DNA of 64,000 nucleotides, taken from the NCBI RefSeq assembly GCF_902459465.1, contig NC_047072.1:558001-622000 (forward strand), written 5' to 3'. The number at the start of each line of letters is the position of its first letter. Position 1 is the first letter of the stretch. A program made the translations under genes and the position numbers. Origin of the DNA: Asterias rubens (Eukaryota). Positions 58,596 to 64,000 of the stretch are shown here, in pieces. Under the pieces are notes generated by a model. That model saw nothing but the letters and a program-made list of their open reading frames with translations. It was not told the origin of the DNA and did not search any database.

Positions 58596-61500
58596 TAATC
58601 AGAAAACATTTACATAGTGCCAAATATGAAATCAATTCCAATTTGCTTGTTGAAAAACTTATAACATTTTGAGGACGAGGACATTAAAGGAACACGTTGC
58701 CTTGGACCGGTCGAGTTGGTCTTTGAAAAGCATTTGTAACCGTCTGTTATAAAATGCATATGGTTGGAAAGATGTTTTAAAAGTAGAATACAATGATCCA
58801 CACAAATACGCCTCGAAATTGCGTGATTTTCCTTTTACCTCGTCGACTAACACGGTTTTGACTGCCATAAATGGCCGACCGTTTTAGTTCGTAAAGTAAT
58901 TGTTCGCGAAGTAGATGTTTTTTTCTTGCACACTTTTACTTTGTTTTAAACTGAAATGCTCACCTGTAAGAACAGTGATGCAAATACCAACAGGCCAAGG
59001 AGGAGAATATTCTGCTGCATCCATAAGACGAAGGAGTCTATACAGCCATGGATGAAGATGGTGGAGTAGATCATATAGCGCTAGAAAAGATATCAATATT
59101 AAGTGTCATGAGTGATGTACAAATCTTAAAGGGTCTGGGTACTTTTTGTAGGACACAAAGCACAATGTCCACAGATTTCTATTAAACTTGCACAATAATG
59201 ATAGTATAAAGATTACCTAAAAAACATTACTTGCTGAGGTGATGTAGTTTTTTAGAAATTAGTAATGTTAATTTGGTGACATTGTGTTTTGTGTTACAAA
59301 AGGTACACCATGAGAGAGTCAGTCTCTATGGTCAAATTCAATAGGAGACTTTCCAACGCTAGGTGGCAGCAGACATACCGGGTAAATTTCCATTGTTTAC
59401 GTAGTTCTGAACATGCGCATAATTCTGAGAACAATGGATTTGCCCGGTAAGTCTGCTGCCCTCTATCGTCCCAGAAAGTCTCCCATTCAAAGATCCACTC
59501 GTTCTCAAAAGAGTCCTTGTGAAAATCAGAAAAAAGTTAACAAGTTTCTAAGAAAAAAAGTTATAAATAACAGCAAACTTGAAAAAGCTCTGAAAAGAGC
59601 CGGTTTGGTATCGACGTTTCGAACAGTATACTCTGCTCGTCTTCAGGAGAGAGCCTCTAACAAGTGTACTCTAACCGGACCTTTAAAATGACATTGTGTT
59701 TGATACCCTTTCAAGTGCAATTACTTCCGTCAATCAAAATCTTTTTGAGACGTCACATATTTTTTTTTTTTTTTGCGCGGTCCGCTCGTCAGCAAACTGT
59801 TCGTGTATAATGCTGCCAATCATTATTGCTTGCTTTGCAATGCAACTAAAATACCATTATTCTGTGATCTTTTTAATGCTTAACGTAGAAAATTCCAAAT
59901 GTTTTCATATTTTGTCTTCCGCATGTTTAAAAACATAACGTTCGGAGCTCGTAACGAAGTTTCGGCCAAAATGAATAAACGGTGACGACATGAAAAGATT
60001 TTTTTTTATAAAACTCCACATGGTGTCTGGTAACTTTTTTGATTAATACAAATACATGAATTGAAGAAAGACAGCAACTATAAATAAATGAATAAACAAA
60101 TACTTCTTCACTTTGCAAAAAAAGGAAGAAAGCAAAGAAATCCATAGACATGTTTTCCTGTGACTGGTAAATATTTTAATTTTTTTTCTACACTCCTTTC
60201 CTTAAAAGATAATGAAAACAAAATAAAAAGCTGCGTCCTATTTATTTAGCAAAAAAAATGTATAATACCGTTTGCGTTCTGATGTCCAATCCACACTGGT
60301 AGTTCATGGCCCAATCGATGCAGCATGAGTACGGGACACCACACGCTTCACGGCCCGGGGACGAACAGTCGAAGTAAGCGTTCATCTGCCAGTCGGCATA
60401 ACTTGATGCGCCACAGCATCGAAACTATATCAACACACTTGTTACATTTAACAATTATATAGGTATAGGCTACTTACTCCTGTATACATCATAGAGCTGC
60501 TAAGCACAACAATTTGCTTAGCATGAAATTTCTTCCTTGATAAAATCAGGATTACCAATCAAATTTCCTTGTGATTTTCAGGATAAGCAAACAACAGCTC
60601 AATACCAGTAACAAGCAATATGCAGCAAATGGAAATTTGGTTGGTAATCCTGTTTTTATCAAGGAAGAAATTTAATGCTAAGCAAAATGTTGTGCTTAGC
60701 AGCTCTATGAAATTGGGCCCAGTTGTATGCCTATGTAGGCTACTTATTCATGTATAAATTGAACCCATGATACTTCCAAATAGTAGATTTTTGACTGAAT
60801 TTGAGTCTGAATTATAGTCGGCAAAACATCCTAACGGAAACATCACACCAACTTGGGTAACTTGGTTTGCATGCAGGCCGCAGAGGGTGGCTGTATGTGT
60901 CAGAAATATCATATCGAAGTCTTATATAGCGCACGTATCCACCAAACAAGAAAGTCAGACTAGTATCTTCCTTCAGACATTTAAATGCTAACTTTATTTG
61001 AGAAGCTCGCGCCTTATTTTTGAAATAGATATTATGGCGCCATAAAAATACTGCGAATCGTCATCATCATCATCATACAACTCGGCCATTCCAGTAAACC
61101 CACGTTGCTCACGGGTGCGTTCGTTTAGCTTCCCCCTGTGTCTACCGAACGACTCGCCGAACGACTCGCCGAACGACTCGCCGACTCTACCGAACGACTC
61201 GCCGACTCGCCGCTCTCGTAGTGACACTGGGGCCAGCCCCCAAGTGACCCACTCCACAAGCAGGGCACTAAGGGGCTGACGGGTGAGCCCCTGGAATGAC
61301 GTCAAAGCTAGGCGAACGCACCAGGGAAGACCGGGGTCGACCCAGGAAAGCTAAACGAACGCACCCTATAATGTACTCTCTTTTCGCGCCCAAACTTTCG
61401 TCTTCAAATATCAGTCTGTAAGATGGTATCACCCTCAAGGAGCCTGCCAAGAGCAGAATGCACTGCCGTCCTAACTTTTTAGGAAAAACAGTTTGGACGT

Positions 61501-63786
61501 ACAGTCGTACACATATACCTCTTCTTGAATAAAATCGATGATATCTTGCAAATCTGCGTCGTCACGGTAACGGACGATTGCTTTCTCAAAGAAACGAAGG
61601 GACGACTCAACGACTGTTTCCTGTAGTAACATGACCAGGATGCCTCCGACGAATTGCACTATGATTAAAACAGCTAGAATAACACAATACTGTAAAGGAC
61701 AGCAGGGACATTACGTTTCAAGCGACATGAAATAGCCAAGAAGATGGAATAGAAAACACGGAAACAGAAAGAGATGAGCAAAACGGAAAAGATATTTTGT
61801 ATTAATGGCGGGCACGTGACTCACCAGCAGGCAGTAAAAACAAAACTTTATTTAGTGATTATTTTATTGCACTTTATACGAAGGGTGTAGCTCTCAGCAT
61901 AAAATTAAACATCAAAACACTCTACATACGTACAGGTATATCTTCCGGCCTATGGACAATATACTGCTAGTCACTTTTGAGGGTCCCTCGTTTTCATTAC
62001 CTAAAAGTTCTCATAATTATTAAAGTAAGTTTAGGCCTGTATGCTTCGTTTTTGAAAGGGCAAGGGCGCCAAGGCATTTTCTCTTTGGTATTTATGGCAT
62101 GCACCGTCCTATGAGGAAATTGTATGGAGCATTTCAAGGACACCATAGTCTTGAAGTCAAGACGGTAATTGTTAAGCGCGGTGTGTAGTTACAGCGCGGC
62201 GTGTTAAGCGCGGTGTGTAGTTACAGCGCGGCGTAGCTACGGGGACGATGCACACACCCTCGATCCCAGTATGTGTGTGTGAGTCAGTCGCAAGCTGCCT
62301 CGCGCTACCTACGACTGTTGCATGTGTAACATCGCACTGTGACTGTTGCATGAAAGGTAGACAAATAGGCAGCGCCTAACGACTTGTCATCAAGTCTAGG
62401 ACACCAAGGCAGTGACCACAGGGGGGGGGGGGGGGCATTGAGGCAATTGCTTTCGTTGCCTCCGTGAAGTATCGGGCATGTTAAACAAGTTAATACTCAC
62501 ACTATAAAGTAAACAGATGTTTTGTCTGAGAGAGCCGACAAACCCAAACCCAGAGACGATAAAGATGACCGCACCAATGATGATGATGTACGTTGTGGGG
62601 TCGATGTGCAGTGTAGACAGGTCTTCAAAACCATCTTTAGAGAACTTGGCCCACAGACCAACAGTCGTTAGGGTTGATGCGATCAGCTGTGTGTAGTTTA
62701 ATTATTGACAACAACAAAAATATAATCTTATAAATAAAAAATAAAGCCTTTCCCTTAGAAAGACTCCTGCTGCTAGGGTTGAAACGTCAGACCATTAACT
62801 ATGTGTTGCGTTGTCATTTTGGTTGGAAAGCAGTTTGCAACAGCTAACTCTAAATATGTTTTCTCAAATAAAATAAAATGTGTTTGTAAGAAGCATAACA
62901 CTGTCCAAGACAGACCTCGCTGTAGAACGAAGTCTGATCCCGGTTTTAGGGGGTTTCAAATTCATGTGACTTTCTCTGTGCTGTCATAACAAAATTCTTT
63001 GTTGATCAGTCATGGTTCAGGAGCCCCCACCCCTCCCCCAGTCACTTATAGAGGACTACGCGATAGTTGCGATAACGGTCAAGTGGTCAGACTGCATGAC
63101 TTGCAGTCACGAGGTTGTGGGTTCGAATCCCCCAGCTAAATACTGAATCACAATTTCTTGATTTTGTGCAATTCATAATCATAGACGTTATAATACACAC
63201 ATGTTTGTATGCGAGATTGGTTGTTGCCAGCTGGGTGTTTATTATCCCCGGGAGTTTGCCAAGTTCCCTTGATGGGAAGATCATCTAAACATGCTCCATT
63301 CAGGAAAGAGCAGTAGGATTGATGCGTTTGACGGTATACAAACCATGGAGGTATGGAAATACTTATTTCTAACTCCAGTCTAGAAAATGTAAAAGTTTCC
63401 GTATGGCGCCACCACTTTTTCATTCGATATAAAATAATATAGGAACTTATTTACCTGATTGATATATCCCTTTTTGTAAAAATGAGTGAAAAAGTGGTGG
63501 CGCCATACGGAAAGTTATCCCTAGAAAATAACTGTGAGGTTATGAGGATGTATTGTACCCTCAACCGTTATGTTTTGCTATGGAGGTAAACATCAAAACA
63601 GATACCTCTTTTGGTTATCCGTGTGGACGCAAAGACCTTCTTTAATATTTTGGGGATGGGCTCAACTCGTACCCATCTTCCACACCAAATACAAGCATGG
63701 ATGAAGGAAAAGGTACTTACCCATACTAGAAAATTAAGGACGAACAACATGTAGCGTCTGCAGACGACATATTCACCAGTCTCCAT
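58390..63786 (-). CDS. Tetraspanin of the TspanC8 subfamily (TSPAN5/14/17/33-like), complete, 6 exons, 264 aa
   Basis: Exons 63721-63786, 62501-62686, 61519-61689, 60269-60424, 58964-59080, 58390-58488; all phase 0, 795 nt. Four TM segments, YRDDADLQDIIDFIQEE, and eight EC2 cysteines (FRCCG, FDC, EACGVPYSCC, QCG, HGC). Confidence 0.92.
58535..58598. repeat. (TCAA)n microsatellite
   Basis: About 15 consecutive tcaa units in the last tetraspanin intron. Confidence 0.95.
59342..59485. mobile_element. About 144-bp MITE (TAGGAGACTTT... termini); K4-interrupted copy at 29010-29510
   Basis: Inverted arms taggagactttccaacgctaggtggcagcagac / gtctgctgccctctatcgtcccagaaagtctccca. Confidence 0.75.
59608..59651 (-). 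ncRNA. Minimal hammerhead motif, second family, intact core, weak stem I
   Basis: Reverse complement: ctctc-CTGAAGA-c-GAGCAG(agtata)CTGTTC-GAAA-CGTC-gatac. Lies in tetraspanin intron 4, in the sense orientation. Confidence 0.6.
61113..61366. mobile_element. MITE with GGGTGCGTTCGTTTAGCTT TIR containing a 12-bp CpG-rich microrepeat; partial relative at 21250-21300
   Basis: gggtgcgttcgtttagctt / aagctaaacgaacgcaccc; internal (ccgaacgactcg)x3 plus degenerate units. Confidence 0.75.
63078..63260 (+). mobile_element. Second tRNA-derived SINE family; relatives at 53720-53920(+) and 52290-52385(-)
   Basis: ggtcaagtggtc...gggttcgaatccc head; body gaatcacaatttctt...ttttgtgcaattcata...gagattggttgttgccagc shared with 53800-53915. 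Confidence 0.6.
63396..63517. mobile_element. About 120-bp MITE in tetraspanin intron 1
   Basis: tttccgtatggcgccaccacttttt / aaaaagtggtggcgccatacggaaa inverted termini. Confidence 0.75.
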
Positions 63787-64000
63787 CGTTTATAACTACC
63801 GGCAAAGCAAACACACGGCCAGCTGAGTCCCCGTGAAAAGGGCTTAAATTATGAGCACCGTGTATAACGGGCAACTTATCTGGTTTTAACCATAAAGAAA
63901 ACCAACGTCTCAAATAAACGTCAACTGTTGAGTGCTTTCGAAAGCATTGTGTGCGGTTAATGGAGATGCTCGCTACTGCAAAATGACAACCAATTCCCTT

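Noticed and set aside
62748-62795. Possible fifth hammerhead (gactcc...gggtt-GAAA-CGTC)
   Set aside because: The GAAACGTC half and a wobble-rich stem II are present, but the CUGANGA box has about three mismatches and stem I does not form. At most a decayed relic.
63078-63140. tRNA-like sequences (also 9565-9640, 15130-15195, 52300-52385)
   Set aside because: A and B boxes are present but acceptor stems do not close, and each runs into a shared SINE body. These are SINE heads, not tRNA genes.

Overview
Intron-rich, repeat-rich animal genomic DNA. The gene content and repeats suggest an invertebrate deuterostome, possibly a sea star; this is inference only. Genes in order: (1) the last four coding exons of an intersectin (PH-C2 end, +); (2) a complete 7-exon ATP synthase OSCP gene (ATP5PO/ATP5O, -); (3) a cluster of five SLC16/monocarboxylate-transporter-like MFS genes: three apparently intact copies on -, then across an inversion junction two disabled copies on +, with a 168-bp N gap inside copy 3; (4) a complete 3-exon MRPS6 (+); (5) a complete 11-exon APEX1 (+, 318 aa); (6) a complete 6-exon TspanC8-type tetraspanin (-). 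Introns and intergenic DNA hold many MITEs (several TTAA-flanked, Kolobok-like), tRNA-derived SINEs, 5'-truncated LINE ends and minisatellites. Most notable observations: four minimal type-I hammerhead ribozyme motifs of the Penelope-associated, dimer-dependent kind, one with an intact core in sense orientation 1.5 kb behind the intersectin stop; the ITSN(+)/ATP5PO(-)/MRPS6(+) order, which is that of human 21q22.11; a multi-junction inverted duplication in the SLC16 cluster; tandem repeats that start inside the last coding exon of three different genes, one supplying the SLC16 stop codon; and a frame-preserving copy of part of APEX1 exon 4 in intron 8. All exon structures were read by eye and need RNA-seq confirmation. 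No CRISPR arrays, rRNA genes or genuine tRNA genes were found.
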